Origin: a virus
Lineage: Duplodnaviria; Heunggongvirae; Uroviricota; Caudoviricetes
Direction: 5' to 3' (one strand)
Length of the DNA: 64,000 nt
Virus record (IMG/VR): IMGVR_UViG_3300017917_003521
Made by a program: the position numbers and the translations under genes. This document shows, piece by piece, positions 63,696 through 64,000 of the stretch (position 1 is the first letter of the stretch; the number at the start of each line of letters is the position of its first letter). The notes under the pieces are model-generated. The model was not told where the DNA came from. It did not search any database and saw nothing but the letters and a program-made list of their open reading frames with translations.

Positions 63696-64000
63696 TAAAA
63701 GCATTAATTGGTAATGGTGGACATGCTCGTGAGGTTATGTCACAAATGGGTATTGAATTAACGAGATTTGTAGATGATGAATATTGGATTAAAGGTGATA
63801 GTAAATTACTACCATTATCTAAGTTTAATCCAGAAAAATATGCTATTATGATAGCAATTGGTGATTCTAAAGATAGATTTGAAATGTCTAAAAAACTACC
63901 AAAAGAAACCATTTATTTCTCATTTGTACATCCAACTGCTTTAATAATGGATTCTAAAATAGAAATAGGTGATGGATCTTTTATTGGTGCTTATTCTATT
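63692..64000 (+). CDS. NeuD/PglD-like hexapeptide acyltransferase, 3' partial (runs off window)
   Basis: GTG start overlaps the previous stop (GTGA). 'VIKALIGNGGHAREV' matches the NeuD/PglD N-terminal GAGGHA motif. It is absent from the track because of the GTG start. Confidence 0.4.
   Translation, partial: MIKALIGNGGHAREVMSQMGIELTRFVDDEYWIKGDSKLLPLSKFNPEKYAIMIAIGDSKDRFEMSKKLPKETIYFSFVHPTALIMDSKIEIGDGSFIGAYSI

Overview
This window is an AT-rich (about 30% GC), densely packed genome segment that I read as a large tailed phage of a Bacteroidetes host. The host inference rests on at least five promoter-like motifs matching the Bacteroidetes primary-sigma pattern TTTG / TAnnTTTG, and the gene content below fits a phage. 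There are long collinear gene blocks on alternating strands.

- **Structural genes:** collagen-like (GSSGTSG repeat) fibers at both window edges, a LamG-like fiber, a tail fiber with a C-terminal S74-type intramolecular-chaperone motif, and four 1000-1450 aa structural proteins.
- **DNA metabolism:** NAD-dependent DNA ligase, a Rad50/SbcC-like ATPase, a Toprim protein, a Dam-class methyltransferase, an HD hydrolase, a T5orf172 protein, an HNH endonuclease and a dNMP-kinase-like protein.
- **Translation-related proteins:** bS21, a four-domain S1 protein, a protein carrying a bL12 C-terminal-domain-like module, SmpB and a YqeY-like protein. This set is unusually rich for a phage.
- **Other enzymes:** thioredoxin, an ECF-type sigma factor, Sir2, an SPFH protein, and M16, M42 and M20/M28-like peptidases. 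A truncated DegT-like aminotransferase and a NeuD-like acetyltransferase sit at the 3' edge.
- **tRNA arrays:** two arrays plus an isolated gene, 56072-58440, give about 17 tRNA-like genes.

The most unusual signal is in the first array. A canonical tRNA-Lys(UUU) is followed by three 84-87 nt tRNAs with Lys anticodons (UUU, UUU, CUU) and A73, but with type-II-like long variable arms. Canonical and structurally aberrant copies with the same anticodon also occur for His(GUG) and Trp(CCA). A separate tRNA at 57650-57779 carries a 59-nt insertion. All tRNA folds were done by hand from the sequence, not by software, and functional calls rest on remembered motifs rather than database searches.

Other observations are a nine-member gene family sharing an N-terminal MK[HY]LKKFE[SA]F motif that resembles a T4 capsid-targeting sequence, and a 505-bp promoter-bearing non-coding gap.
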